Below the pieces are notes generated by a model. That model saw only the letters and a list, made by a program, of their open reading frames with translations, was not told where the DNA came from and made no database searches. A stretch of DNA of 64,000 nt. Source: Squalus acanthias. Lineage: Eukaryota. A program made the position numbers and the translations under genes. Positions 35,470 through 48,744 of this stretch are shown in pieces. The stretch is taken from positions 72,292,001 to 72,356,000 of the forward strand of contig CM059435.1 of NCBI GenBank assembly GCA_030390025.1. The letters run 5' to 3'. The number at the start of each line of letters is the position of its first letter. The stretch's first letter is position 1.

Positions 35470-37846
35470 TGCCCATCCCTAATTGCCCTTGAGAAGGTGG
35501 TGGTAAGTCGCCTTCTTGAACCGCTGCAGTCCGTGTGGTGAAGGTAGGGAGGGAGTTCCAGGATTTTATCCAGCGACGATGAAGGAACGGCGATATATTT
35601 CCAAGTCAGGATGGTGTGTGACTTGGAGGGGAACTTGGAGGTGGTGGTGTTCCCATGCGCCTGCTGCCCTTGTCCTTCTAGGTGGAAGAGGTCGCGGGTT
35701 TGGGAGGTGCTGCCAAAGAAGCCTTGCCGAGTTGCTGCAGTGTATCTTGTAGATGGTACACACTACAGCCATGGTACGGAGTGAATGTTTAAGGTGGTGG
35801 ATGGGGTGCCAATCAAGCGGGCTGCTTTGTCCTGGATGGTGTCGAGCTTCTTGAGTGTTGTTGGAGCTGCACTCATCCAGGCAAGTGGAGAGTATTCCAT
35901 CACACTCCTTACTTGTCTCTTGTAGATGGTGGAAAGGCTTTGGGGAGTCAGGTAGGTGAGACACTCACTTGTTGACCTGCTCTTGTTGCCACAGTATTTA
36001 TGTGGCTGGTCCAGTTAAGTTTCTGGTCAATGGTGACCCCCAGGATGTTGATGGTGGGGGATTCGGCGATGGCAATGTCGTTGAATGTCAAGGGGCGGTG
36101 GTTAGACTCTTGCTTGTTGGAGATAGTCATTGCCTGGCACTTCTGTGGTGCGAATGTTACCTGCCACTTATCAGCCCAAGCCTGAACGTCATCCAGGTCT
36201 TGTTGCATGCGGGCATGGACTGCTTCATTATCTGAGGAGTTGTGAATGGCACTGAACACTGTGCAGTCATCAGCGAACATCCCCATTTCTGACCTTATGT
36301 TGGAGGGAAGGTCATTGATGAAGCAGCTGAAGATAGTTGGGCCTAGGACACTGCCCTGAGGAACTCCTGCAGCGATGTCCTGGGGCTGTGATGATTGATC
36401 TCCAACAACCACAACCATCTTCCTTTGTGCTAGGTATGACTCCAGCCACTGGAGAGCTTTCCCCCCATTTCCCATTGACTTCAGTTTTACTAGGGCTCCT
36501 TGATGCCACACTCGGTCAAATGCTGCCTTGATGTCAAGGGCAGTCACTCTCACCTCACCTCTGGAATTCAGCTCCTTTGTCCATGTTTGGACCAAGGCTG
36601 TAATGAGGTCGGGAACCGAGTTGTCTTGGTGGAACCCAAACTGGGAATCAGTGAGCAGGTTATTGGTGAGTAAGTGCCGTTTGATAGCACTGTTGATGCC
36701 ACCTTCCATCACTTTGCTGATGATTCAGAGTAGACTGATGGGGCGGTAATTGGCTGGATTGGATTTGTCCTGCTTTTTGTGGACAGGACATACCTGAGCA
36801 GTTTTCCACATTGTCGGGTAGATGCCAGTGTTGTAGCTGTACTGGAACTGCTTGGCTAGAGGCGCGGCTAGTTCTGGTGCACAAATCTTCAGCACGATAG
36901 CCGGGATGTTGTCGGGGCCCATAGCCTTTGCTGTATCCAGTGCGCTCAGCTGTTTCTTGATATCACGTGGAGTGAATTGAATTGGCTGAAGATTGGCTTC
37001 TGTGATGGTGGCGACCTCAGGAGTAGGCCGATATGGATCATCCACTCGGCACTCCTGGCTGAAGATGGTTGCAAATGCTTCAGCCTTGTCTTTTGCACTC
37101 ACGTGCTGGGCTCCACCATCATTGAGGATGGGGATATTCATGGAGCCTCCTCCTCCCGTTAGTTGTTTAATGGTCCACCACCATTCACCACTGGATGTGG
37201 CAGGACTGCAGAGCTATGATCTGATCCGTTGATTGTGGGATCGCTTAGCCCTGTCTATAGTATGCTGCTTCTGCTTTTTAGCATGCATGTAGTCCTGTGT
37301 TGCAGCTTCCCCAGGTTGGTACCTCATTTTTAGGTACGCCTGGTGCTGCTCCTGGCATGCTCTTCTACATTCCTTATTGAACCAGGGTTGGTCCCCTGGC
37401 TTGATGGTAATGGTAGAGTGAGGGATATGCCGGGCCATGAGGTTACAGATTGTGGTGGAATACATTTCTGCTGCTGCTGATGGCCCACAGCGCCTCATAG
37501 ATGCCCAGTTTTGAGCAGCTAGATCTGTTCTGAATCTATCCCATTTAGCACGGTGGTAGTGCCACACAACACGATGGAGGGTGTCCTCAGTGTGAAGACG
37601 GGACTTTGACTGTGCGGTGGTCACTGCTACCAATACTGTCATGGACAGATGCATCTGCGATGGGTAGATTGGTGAGGACGAGGTCAAGTAGGTTTTTCCC
37701 TCGTGTTGGTGCTCTCACTACCTGTCGCAGGCCCAGACTGGCTGCTTTGTCCTTCAGGACTCGGCCAGCTCAGTCAGTAGTGGTGCTACCGAGCCACTCT
37801 TGGTGATGGACATTGAAGTCCCCCACCCAGAGTACATTCTGTGCCC
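35470..37846 (-). mobile_element. LINE family B, 2.4 kb (APE endonuclease C-terminus and RT), disrupted
   Basis: WVGDFNVHHQEWLGS (APE), KAMGPDNIP, NPANYRPISLL, LDIKAAFDRVWH, GVPQGSVLGP, MFADDCT; same family as 5393-6342. Confidence 0.95.
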
Positions 37847-39369
37847 TGTGCTGTGCAGCGAGGCCTTCAGCGGAGGAGAGATTAAAATAAAATAAAATCA
37901 AGGCATGTATATGTGCATATGCAGACAATTTTATCCCTCTTTTGCTAATTTTACAAAGGTTTTTAATTTTAATTTTTAACAGTGTCAGTGGTTGCTTGTG
38001 GTCCACACTTGAACTGTGTCAGGTCATTTAAGTCATCTTCCTGAGAAAAGCAATGGCCATTTTGTCAATCAAGAGCTTGCTGGCATCGGCCAACTTGTAA
38101 TTGAGTAACGCTGAGGAATTGATTAATAATGCAGGGCTGAGAAAGTGGATTCCTGCTGTGAGTAACCTCTCCAATATGTGCACGCGTTCTTTATCAAGTG
38201 CTCATCCTCATGCCAGAAACTGTTTGCAGAAATAACATTCCTTGTGTTTGTGAAGCAAAATTTTGGCACATGAGTCATTTCTGATAAGAAACTAAAAGTC
38301 CTCCATAGACTTGATCTCAGGATCTTTAGAAGATGATGTTTGTTCATTTTCTAGCATTCAGCATCTACCCAGTAGAAGGTCAGCTGCGCGGTGGCAGATC
38401 GTAAAATGAACAAACAGAAGTAGAAGCACACTGGTGGGGTGTGTGTAGGTTAATGAATCATTAAGATTACATTATTGAATTTCACACCGTAGTACCTGGA
38501 AGGTATTCAAAGGTTATCTGTTTGCTTTGGTATTTGGCATCATCTTCAAGGTATTAGAGAGGATCTCTGGGGTCCACCTACTCCTCAGTCTCATAAATCT
38601 CATTGCCTCACTCTGCTGCTAATAATAACTACTGCTTGGAGTCAACATTTGTTCTTTTTCAGGCAGTTTCATCTGTTTGGTCCTCGAAAATGGTTTAAAT
38701 TTCTTGGTGATTTTGCGTCTTCCTTTATTTCAAATGTCCCAGGCTGATGCTTTGATGCAAAAACAATGTTTTTTTTTAAAATAAAAGCATTTCTGTATCC
38801 AAGATCAACTGCTACAGCACAATTTATTGGAGGGGGCAACAGGGGAGTTGTTAAGGTATAAAGAAAATCTGCAGCCATGACTTCCTTGGATGCTCCCTTT
38901 CCAGCTAAGTAATTTTCATTGGTGATTATGTTTGATTAGCAGGCATAAAATAGTGTGTGAGTTTGTGGATGCGTGCACGCACATAGCTTAAGAAGACCTA
39001 GGGTTCTGGATGACTGTTGGTGTTGCAGGCAGCAATAATCCAGTTGAGGGGCATTTAGTTCGTGCCAGAAACAAAAAGTAGCTAGTTTGTCAGCTGAAGC
39101 TCGGATTTCAGTTTCATAATTCACTGACCGCTATTTGTATCACTTTATAAGATCGAGAGGTTAGTCAGCCTTTCCTTTTGCTATCAGCAAGAAAGGGGAA
39201 TGAAAACATTTACAGCAATGACTCCTGCACGTATACACTTTCAAGTGTGCCTGATGCCCTGCGGTACCTCACCAAAGTGACCAATGTGTGAGTCTAGGCA
39301 GTGGGTGTTGGCAGTCTGTTTGCCTGTGGGAGGGCAACACAGCTGAATCTGAAAGTGCTCTCTTCTGTA

Positions 39370-39470
39370 AAGGAAAGCAAAAACATAAATGTTTCAGGCA
39401 TAGCCCTTCATCGGAAGGTTCTGACAGATGCTGCCTCACTTGCTGAGTGTTTCCAGCATTTTCTGTTTTT
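39370..39470 (-). mobile_element. Penelope-type fragment with degenerate hammerhead-like core
   Basis: The - strand at 39388-39416 reads CCGAUGA-A-GGGC-UAU-GCCU-GAAA-CAUU; followed on + by gatgctgcc...gctgagtgtttccagcattttctgttttt. Confidence 0.5.
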
Positions 39471-40257
39471 GCAGCACGACTCAGCTTGGATCAGTTGAAC
39501 ATTTAAAGAATCTCACCTCCTACTTTTATAGAAACTAAACCGTTATAAAGAATTACAATGGATTTAACTTTTCTTGTTGACTGCTTTGAAGTGTCTTCTT
39601 TAAACAGTAGTTCAGGAGAGCCCAACAGTCCCTGGGAGCTGAATTAACTAACAGAGGGAACACCACAGTGACCCGTGGTGCATCTGTGTTCTTTTATTCT
39701 ATCTGTGCTTGTTCATGGATCTTTCTTACACTGCTAGATTCAGTAACTCTTTCACGCCATTTCCTTTGATGATGTCATCAACTTGAGCAAGAATACTTCA
39801 AAAATAAATGGAGAGAGAGAGAGAAGGGAAAAAAACCTAAAATCAATCCTTTTTTTGCAAAGGCATCGAAAAGAGATGGTGGAATGCAGCATCAACAGAG
39901 AGCACAGGTTCAATCAGTTAGCCTCTCATGATGTACCCAGTATAACAGGGTTTGAGAACACGAAGGCAAGGAGCTAAAACATATTCCATTTTATGTCCCT
40001 ACCTGTCAGCAATGACATTACAGATGCAGAACATTTCAAGAGCATCCTCTCCAGAAAATATAAACAACTTACATAACGCAAATATATCACTTTGTGTATG
40101 AATAACAATAAGTGCCTATGGCAATTCTTCATTGCATGCTTGCAGTTCCAACAAGATATGCAAAAATTCACAGAATTAGCTTTGGATGTATTCACCTGCT
40201 CTTCACGTTTTCTAATCTCCGGAGAAGCTTAAAATCCTGTCTAAAATAGCCCACTAA

Positions 40258-40605
40258 AAGAAAGAAAGAACTTGCATTTATATAACGCCTTTCATGACCT
40301 CAGAACGTCCCTAAGTGCTTTACAGTACTTTTTGGTGTGTAGTCACTGTTGTAATATCGGAAACGCTGCAGCCAATTTGCACAAACAGCAATGTGGTAAT
40401 GACCAGATAATCTGTTTTAGTGATGTTGGTTGAGGGATTAAAATTGGCCAGGACACTGCTCTTCTTCGAAATAGTACCATGGGATCTTTTACGTCCACCT
40501 GAGAGGGCAGACGGGGCCTCGGTTTAATGTCTCATCCAAAAGACGGCACCTCCGTCAGTGCAGCACTCCCTCAGCACTGCACCGGAGTGTCAGTCTGGAT
40601 TTTTA
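40258..40605 (-). mobile_element. Deu-type SINE
   Basis: Reverse complement of the Deu core gaggtgccgtc..ggatgagacattaaaccgaggccccgtctgccctctcaggtggacgtaaaagatccc. Confidence 0.85.
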
Positions 40606-41807
40606 GACTGACTGGCAAACATACCATTTACACCAAATTACAGGGTACGACCAAAGCAGCTCCTGCCATCTCACTGGTAGAACCTGCTTGTAACTCCTAT
40701 GATAGATGTATTGCTACATGTACAATTTTGGAAACGCTCCTTATTTTGCAGTTGTTTAATCAGCTGATATCTCCTGAAAGTTGTGCTGTCAATACAGAAT
40801 ATAAAGTTATTAAAGGTTTAGAGAATTTCTTTGGGAAAAGATGCATTATTTCTACATCTCTTGAATGGTGGTGTAGGATTATAGAACAGGACTTTCCAGA
40901 GAGGGAGGTAGGTCGTGGAATCACATGCAAATGCAACGTGTCTATTCCCTTCATTGTGGTTTATAGGTTTTTCAAATGAGATACCAGATCTCATTATTAT
41001 TCTATTTAACTTTCTGTATCACATGAACTTTGGCCCAGGGACTTTACTGCTATTGCCTTGATTTTTCTCATTTTGGCGAGAGAGAGAGGAATCAATCTCC
41101 CACTTGAGGACCTCTTGGAGGGAGTGATGGCATGGTCACAAGTGCTATTTGCACCAGATGATGCCTCGTCAGAATGTTTTGCTCATTTGACCTAATTCAG
41201 GAATTTTAAGTTCCGACAATTCTTCCAACTAGTCCTGGGACTATAGCAGTGGTGCTGAAGCACTATGTCCACTTTCCTCTTATGCATTGTATTTGTCCAG
41301 TAACCTTCAATCCCTGCAATGGTCGCACAGCATGGCATCATCAGCAAATTTGATGCTGCCACTTTCTGATACCATGTGGAAAAGAAAAAGCATGCGCGGA
41401 GCCCCCTTTCAATTTAAACCACATCTGTAAGGCAGTGGACATTGGGATAAACTGGTAAAAAGAAAGTTTAGGACTGATGTCAGGAAGTATTCATTTACAC
41501 AACTAATGACCTTCCAAGTAGCGCAGTTGAGGGAAAAATACTGGAATCATTCAAAAGGCAATTAGAACTGTAGGTTCAATGGAAGGATGAGTTAGATGGG
41601 CCAAGTGGCCTCCCTCACCTGTACTTTGTCATTGTGACCAGGCATGTGTATTGCAGTAGTTTTGAATTACACAATTTTTACGTCAACAATTGTTTTGGTC
41701 TTAGCTTTTCCATTTGTTTCATAGGCTGTCGTACACACTTTGATCAGAGCTCACTGTTACTGTTAGAAAGTAACGCCCTACTAATTAAGTTATTTCTTTT
41801 TCCAAGA

Positions 41808-42079
41808 TCAGCTTCCAGATAGTTTGTCGGTGGCTGGGCCCTCAATTGCTTGTTGGCCTGTGATGATTTGCTCCATTTCAAGGTGGCATTCGCACATCCT
41901 CCACAATACGAGAGGAACGTTGCACGAACCTTGCGCCAGGTTTGGTCGACAGTCACCACCCGATCTGTCAAAGTGTTCCCACGCCTTCCTCTTGACGTCC
42001 TTCTTCAAGACACATTCCCAGTTTTCTTGCTGTAACTGTTGTTGTTGTATAATCATATCTTTTTCACAGCCAACACAGT
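41808..42079 (-). CDS. Candidate terminal coding exon of an unidentified host gene
   Basis: T10-CAG acceptor at 42080-42092; open frame CVGCEKDMIIQQQQLQQENWECVLKKDVKRKAWEHFDRSGGDCRPN...KLSGS*; 10 CpGs in 41820-42000; not recognisably repetitive. Protein not recognised. Confidence 0.4.
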
Positions 42080-42399
42080 CTGAAAAAAAAAATTGCAGCT
42101 CACAGTAAGTGGGACTGTTTACGTTCTGCTACTGCCAACTAAAAAGATCATTCAAAACCGAGATTGACAGCCTGGCTGTATCTGCCACTTGCACTGATTC
42201 AAATGTTTCATGCACCAACCATCTGTCTAGCAGAGTTTGTTCATTATTATATTTAAATACTTAACTGTTAACAGGTCTAATATCGACTTTTGTCATTTTC
42301 TAAAACTTTCCTTTCATTTAGTTCCCCCTCTTTAGTCTTTAGCTTCTCTCTCACTATCTGGGCCAGTAACAGCCTTGAATTTTCTCCCATGCATTCTTC

Positions 42400-43945
42400 A
42401 AGCTCATCTCACCCATGAGATCTACGTCCTACTCCCTTGACCTTATTCCAATAAACGCCTGACCCCTGCCACCCCCAACCCCCCTTCTCTTTCTGGGCCC
42501 ATGCTAGCTGACATTGCATAAAGAAACACTGACCCCCCCTCCCTTTCAAAACTGCCATCATCAACCTCCCCCAAAAAACAACCCTCAACTCCTATGTCCT
42601 TGCCACGTACCATCCTATTTCCAAACTTCCTATCCTCTCAAGTCCTTGTACATCTGTGCCCATCTGTCATGCAACACCCTGCTTGAATCCCCCCAATTAG
42701 GTTTTCAGCCTCCCACAGAACTGAAACTGCTCTAACCAAACTTGCGAAGGATATTCTCTGTGATAATGACCGCAGTGCATTACCCTCCTTGACCTTCTTA
42801 ATCTCTCTGCAGCCGTTCACAAGGCCAACCACACCATCCTGTTCCAATAGCTCTCCTCCCTCATACAGCTCAGTGACTATGCTTAGTTCCACTCTTATCT
42901 ATCCAATCATAGCCAGAGCATCTCTAGCAATGGCTTTTCCTTCTACATCCAAACTGTAGCTTCAGGAGCCCTCCAGAATCCATGCTTGGACACCTCCCTA
43001 TTCGCATTTATGTCCTACCCCTTGGTAACATCATCCGCCAGCAAGGGATCAGCTTCCAGCTCTTGCTGATGACACCCAGCTCTAACTCTCCACCACCTCT
43101 TTTGATCCCTCCACTGCTTCTGTGTTGTCAGATTGCATGCCTGATATCCAGTCTTGGATGAGCCATACTTTCCTCAAGTTAAAGAGTGAGATGACAGATG
43201 CCATCGTCTTCAGTCCCCACCACAAACTTCGTGTCTTCGTCACCGACTTCATCCCCCTCCCTGGCTACTGTTTAACCCCAAGCTGAGCTTCCTATCCTTT
43301 ATCTTCTCCATCACAAAGACTACTTCTAGCTCCACAACATTGCTAACCTCTGCCCCAGCCATGACCCATCTGCCACTGAAACCTTCCTCCATGCTTTTGT
43401 CACCTCCAGACTCAATTTCTCCAATGATCTCCTGTAAACTTCAGCTCATCCAAAACTCTGCTGCTTGCATCCTATCCAACACCAAGGCCTACTTGCCCAT
43501 CACCCTCACCATTGCTGATCTATATTTGCACTCAGTCCCCCAATGCCTCAAATTTAAAATTCTCATCCTTGTAATTAAATCCCTCAAAGATTTGGCCCTT
43601 TCCTACCTCAGTTGCCTCCTCCTGCACTGCAACCTCCTCCCCCCACCCCCCACCCCTGAACTCTCTGTTCCTCTGACTCGGGATTTGTGCATCCTCCCCT
43701 TTCTTTGCCCACCATTGTTGGCCAAGTCTTCAGCTGCCTAGTACCCACACTCTGGAATTCCTTTCTTAAACCTTGTACCCATCCCTCTCTTCCTTGAAGA
43801 GCTTCCTTAAAACCAATCTCTTTCACCAAGCCTGTAACCATTCATCCTAATATCTCCTCCTTTTGGCTCAGAATCCAGTGTTTCCCCTTGCGATTGGCGA
43901 AGTACCTTAGGATGTTTTTCTTTGTTAAAATGTACCATGCTGTTG
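42400..43945 (+). mobile_element. Old L2 relic (RT to 3' end)
   Basis: Degenerate actgaaactgctcta (TETAL), gctgatgacacccagctcta (ADDTQL), KLQLIQNSAACIL, KFKILIL. Confidence 0.8.
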
Positions 43946-44699
43946 TAATTGACACCTGCAGGTGTGTTTGTTGTAGGCAAAATGTACAATATTTGTTTCT
44001 CTCCCTGAACTCATAAGCTTCACTTCCGTGCAGTGTTTTTCTCTGGCAGTCTGGCCAGATACTGATGAAATTCATCACTAGGTCTGACTGGAATAGACAA
44101 CCAGTCAACAGATCAGAAGAGGAAATCTGTAGCCCCAAGGTTTTGATTTTAGTACTTCAATTACTATCCTGCTAGATTTCTGCTTCTGTATTTTCAGGCG
44201 TGCATGGGAACCCATACTAGAACATGTGCAGTTTGCCTCTGTGCACTTTATTTTGTACCTGAGTGGAACAATGATCCATGCTCAATTGTTGCTTTTGCTA
44301 CGCACCAATATGATCAGGCAACATGACAACCCAGTTTAATATGTGAAGAGGCCGGATTAACTGACTGTGTACCTATTTTTTCTGATGACAACAACTATCA
44401 TAGAATCCTACAGCACAGAAGGTGGCCATTCAGGCCCATCGTTCTGTGCCGGCTCTTTGAAAGAGCTATCCAATTAGTCCCACTCCCCTGCTCAGGAGAA
44501 CCTGATCATTACCCTCCCTCATTCACTAGTTCTGCCTTTCTATAATGGCCAGGCTTCCTCCTGTTTGCTTTATTTGGGATTAAAACTATACAAACTTGTG
44601 TGTGCATAGATACACTACACTGCCTATATTCCTATATTGGGGCTATGTATCAGAACAGCTAAAGGCAAGGATTCCGATTGTAAATCTTATTGTCGGCTT

Positions 44700-45075
44700 A
44701 TAACAACAACAACAACAACAACTTGTATTTATATAGCACCTTTAACATAGTAGAACGTCCCAAGACACTTCATAGGAGCGATTATAAAACAAAATTTGAC
44801 ACTGAGCCACATAAAGAGATATTAGGGCAGAGGACCAAAAGCTTGGTCAAAGAGGTAGGTTTTAAGGAGTGTCTTAAAGGAAGAAAGAGAGGTAGAGAGG
44901 CGAGAGGTTTAGGGAGGGAGTTCCAGAGCTTCGGGCCTAGGCAGCTGAAGGCACGGCCACCAATGGTGGAGTGATTAAAATCGGGGTGCTCAAGAGGAGT
45001 GCCGATATCTCAGGGGGTTGTGGGGCTGGAGGAGATTACAGAGATAGGGAGGGGCGAGGCCATGGAGGGATTTGA
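44700..45075 (-). mobile_element. L2 3' end with (AAC)n tail
   Basis: (aac)7 then ttgtatttatatagcacctttaa; reverse complement of the 6500-6843 L2 end. Confidence 0.85.
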
Positions 45076-45574
45076 TAATGGCGTCTGTCCAAGTGTTTAA
45101 AGCTAAGCCATTTGGTTTGGGTCATTTTGCAGTGACAAAAGTTTGCATTTCCTCTGCCCTTTTTGCTGGTGTAAGCCAGGTTTCACAGTGCACTATTTTT
45201 ACAATCACCCCAAATCAAATAGAAAGTAAATGTGTTTAACAAATTTCGATTTGAAAGTATTTCTTCCCTATTAGCTGCTTGGGATTCAGTTTAAAAGTAT
45301 ATTATATGCCTTCTCTTAAGAGCCAAGCTCCAGCAATTTCACATTGTTTTTCTTTCAACCAAATGTGTTATCAATTGAATGTGTTTATTGGATGAGCAGG
45401 TCCAGCAGCTCCATTAATCTTCGTTAATGTAATCAATATTAGTAAGGAAGGGTGATCATTCATTGTTTAACAAAGTGCTCGGTCAATCATTCAACCACTC
45501 CTGTGCCTACAGTATAATCGTCACAGGGGAACGTTTCTTCTGTGCGCTAGCTATAGTGAAATCATAAATGTGTT

Positions 45575-45862
45575 TCTGGCCTCTTGTGCATCCCCTACTT
45601 CCTTTGCCCCACCATTGGCTGCCATACTTTCAACTGTCTAGGCCCTAAGTGCTGAAATTCCCTCTCCAACCTCTTCACCTCTCTCCCTCTGTCTCCTCTT
45701 TTCAGATGCTACTTAAAACCTGCCTCTTTGACCAAGTGTTTGGCCATCTGTCCTAATATCTACTTCTTTGGATCGGTGTCAATCTTTGGTCTGATTTCGC
45801 TCCTGTAAAGCACCTTGGGACATTTTACTACATTAAAGGTGCTATATAAATGCCAGTTGTTG
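45575..45862 (+). mobile_element. L2 3' end
   Basis: cttaaaacctgcctctttgaccaag...taaaggtgctatataaatgccagttgttgt. Confidence 0.8.
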
Positions 45863-46234
45863 TAAAGAATGAGCTGACACTGGAATTTTGATGCCCATAG
45901 CATTGCTGTATGTCAGAGCTTGGCTCCCTGTTTTTATGGGGCACTGAGGTCTGAGGTAAACTGTGAATCCGATGCTTATTTCTCACAAAAGCCCAACCCA
46001 GAATGTCTGAGGCCCTTGGAGCTTGCACATCAGTTGTGTACTGGCCTTATTAAGGCCACAATTATCATGCAAATTAGGGGAGGCCCCCATAATATTGCTG
46101 CGTACCTGAACATATCGTTGGTTCAGGACCTGTATAAAATCGATGTTGCAAAGGAGGCCTCTTCTCTTTAGTTGGGTCTTTGCTAATTAATTAGATACAT
46201 TGGTGATTCTTTTAGCAGCTGTTTACAACTCACT

Positions 46235-47012
46235 GGGGGAGAAATTCGGTATTGGGGCAATAACTTTTAAAAGTTGAAAAAATTAGCAGCCGGTGCTAAT
46301 GTTTTTCAACTTTAAAAAAATTCAGACACCTCCCTATTCTCATTTATGTCCTACCCCTTGGTAACATCAGGAAGGAAGTGGAGAGCTAAATCAAGCATCC
46401 ACTTCCTTCCTGGAGCGTAACAGGCAGCAGGCGGGGCGGTAGGTGTGCAGCGCTGCACAATGGGCCGTGCAGCACTGCCGTGTTGGAAGGCTCCTTCCCT
46501 CCTTTAAAGGGAAGGGCCATCGCTGCAGGCTCTGCAAGGGGAAAATTTACCTGGTCCCCGACGACAGCCGCGATCTGGCCCGATCAGCCCAATACACTGC
46601 AGCAGAGTGCCGGGCTGATCGATCGCTGGCGAAGAAAAATGAAAAAAAACCACAAACACCATTTGAGAATTTTTCCCACTTACCTCGGCCACCTTGCCTT
46701 TAAATATCGCCCCTGAAGTGCCCGGACTCCCGATGACGCCTCCTGCAGCTGTCGGTGTTGTCGCCCAGCGATGCTGCAGGGGGGCGGAACCGAAGTTCGG
46801 GTCTGGGGCGATGCGCACGGCGATGACGTCACGATCTCCGGGCAAAGGAGATCGGGGCACAACGCCATACCGCCGCCGGAAACCTCCCGCTGAATATAGC
46901 GGGAGTCGATATTCTCGCCACGCCTGGTCAGTAAGTGCTTAGCGCCCCGTTAGCGACCCCCCCCCGCCCCGAGGCGCTAACAGGAGGCGCTAAGGTGCCC
47001 AATTTCTCCCCC
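46235..47012. mobile_element. CpG-rich Harbinger-type MITE
   Basis: Perfect 12-bp TIRs GGGGGAGAAATT / AATTTCTCCCCC; homologous to 14137-14830; TSD not conserved (act / aaa). Confidence 0.85.
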
Positions 47013-48549
47013 AAACTTTCTCTGCTATCTTGTTGGAGAAAGGAAGTAAGCAAAACTTCTTGAAGTCTTACTGATGCCTTCTTAAGACTGTACTGCATTG
47101 GTACCTGCTTCCCCAGCGGTTTGTCTTTGTGTGCTGCTTTGGGAGGTCATATGGGTATTATGTAGGTATACTTCTTTAACAGCTCCTGGAGGAGAAGGAG
47201 GAGGCTCACAAGAGGCATATCAGACAGGGGCAGTTGCACTTTAGACGGTCAATGAGGACTTGTCATTAAGTTGTTATCCATATGTACAGGACCAGGCTAT
47301 TGCACCTGGACATGTCCAAAGAAAACGTATGCTTCAACTATCAGGAAATAGTCCAGTATCAGATGTTACAATTTTACTTAATAGGTGTGTTCAGTGTGCC
47401 TTGCCCCAGTATTTCCCCTTAGTGAAAGTCTACATTGTGTGTCTTGTACTTCCTAACAGCTTCTAAATGTTTCCCCAGTTGATGAAGGAACTGAGGTAGA
47501 TAGCTATTGTCAGTTTCTCTCACTAAGGATGAAGGTATCTCCTTGTGTTGAATCAATATACTGTATGACTCTTTAACTACAGGAGCCATGGGGATTGATG
47601 AAGTGGCTGCCTCGGCCTGCATGCCATGTTACACATTGGTAGTTATTTTAGTGGGGTGGCTGGGAGTTATGGGATGTGACGTTGACCTGAGAGACATCTC
47701 CATAATCTGGGCCAGCTCCTGCCATTCCTCTCCTGCTGGACACTACCTCAGCACAGCTAGTGATCTGTGTGAGAATAGACAAGGTTGTTGAAGTGCTGTC
47801 TCAATTCGATTCCCCAACATGGGGAATCCAGACAAGATGAGCTGCTGCAGATTGGAGCCCAAGGCCTGTAGAGCCCCAGTCATAGTATTCATGGCAGTAG
47901 TTATGCCTGAGCTTAAGAGCTCAGCTAAGGAGACATTGCTGCAGAGGGTGTGGGAGAGGCTATGTTCCCCATCATGGTCTGTAGTTAGGTCAGGCAGCGC
48001 TGCCTAGATCTGGGTTGTGGACTCCTCCATTGATGTCCCCAAACAGTACAGGCTGCACACTCTCAAATGACACCATGACGCGTTGATCCAAACTGCATTT
48101 GTAGGCCGGCCGTGTTGGGTCCACTCCCTGAGCTCAGCAGCTGAAGGAGCCTCAAGATGACCCTCTGGCTAACAGTTGTATCACCAGCACCTGCTCTTCA
48201 GCACTTGTGCTCTGTGCTTCACCAAATATTCCCTCCTTAAACTGACTGAGAGACTGGACATGCTCATGCTGCTGTATGAATGGTTGATGCAGGGTGCTTG
48301 TAGCTGCCTGGTCATGACTCATCAGAAGACATCAACAGCACCGCCTCTTGAGAAAAAGTGAACAGCATATTTTAAAATGCTAGCAGTAAGTCACTCCTTG
48401 AAACATAACTTCACATGATGAGCCAATGTGTTAGGCTGCAATGTATGCCTGTGTGTGAGGGAGTGAATTAGTAGATAAGGAATAAAAAGCAATGGATCCC
48501 AGCCACAAGTTCCCTCTATTGTCTTCACAGCCAGAATTTCTATGGCCCT

Positions 48550-48743
48550 TGTGGTAACACAATACAGCTTCCTGTGACTCGAACTTTATTGCATCACTTC
48601 CTGTGATTAGTCCAGGATAAATACTGGACTGATCAGTTGGATCCTGGAGAGGCATAGAGTAAGACCTCTTTTGTATGTAGCACCTTTTTAGTTGATTAAA
48701 GCTTACTTTAAGTTCACCACGCGTAAGGCTCATTCTTATGACA
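48550..48743 (+). repeat. 5' LTR
   Basis: tgtggtaacac...cttatgaca; differs from the 3' LTR at only 2 positions. Confidence 0.97.
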
Positions 48744-48744
48744 A

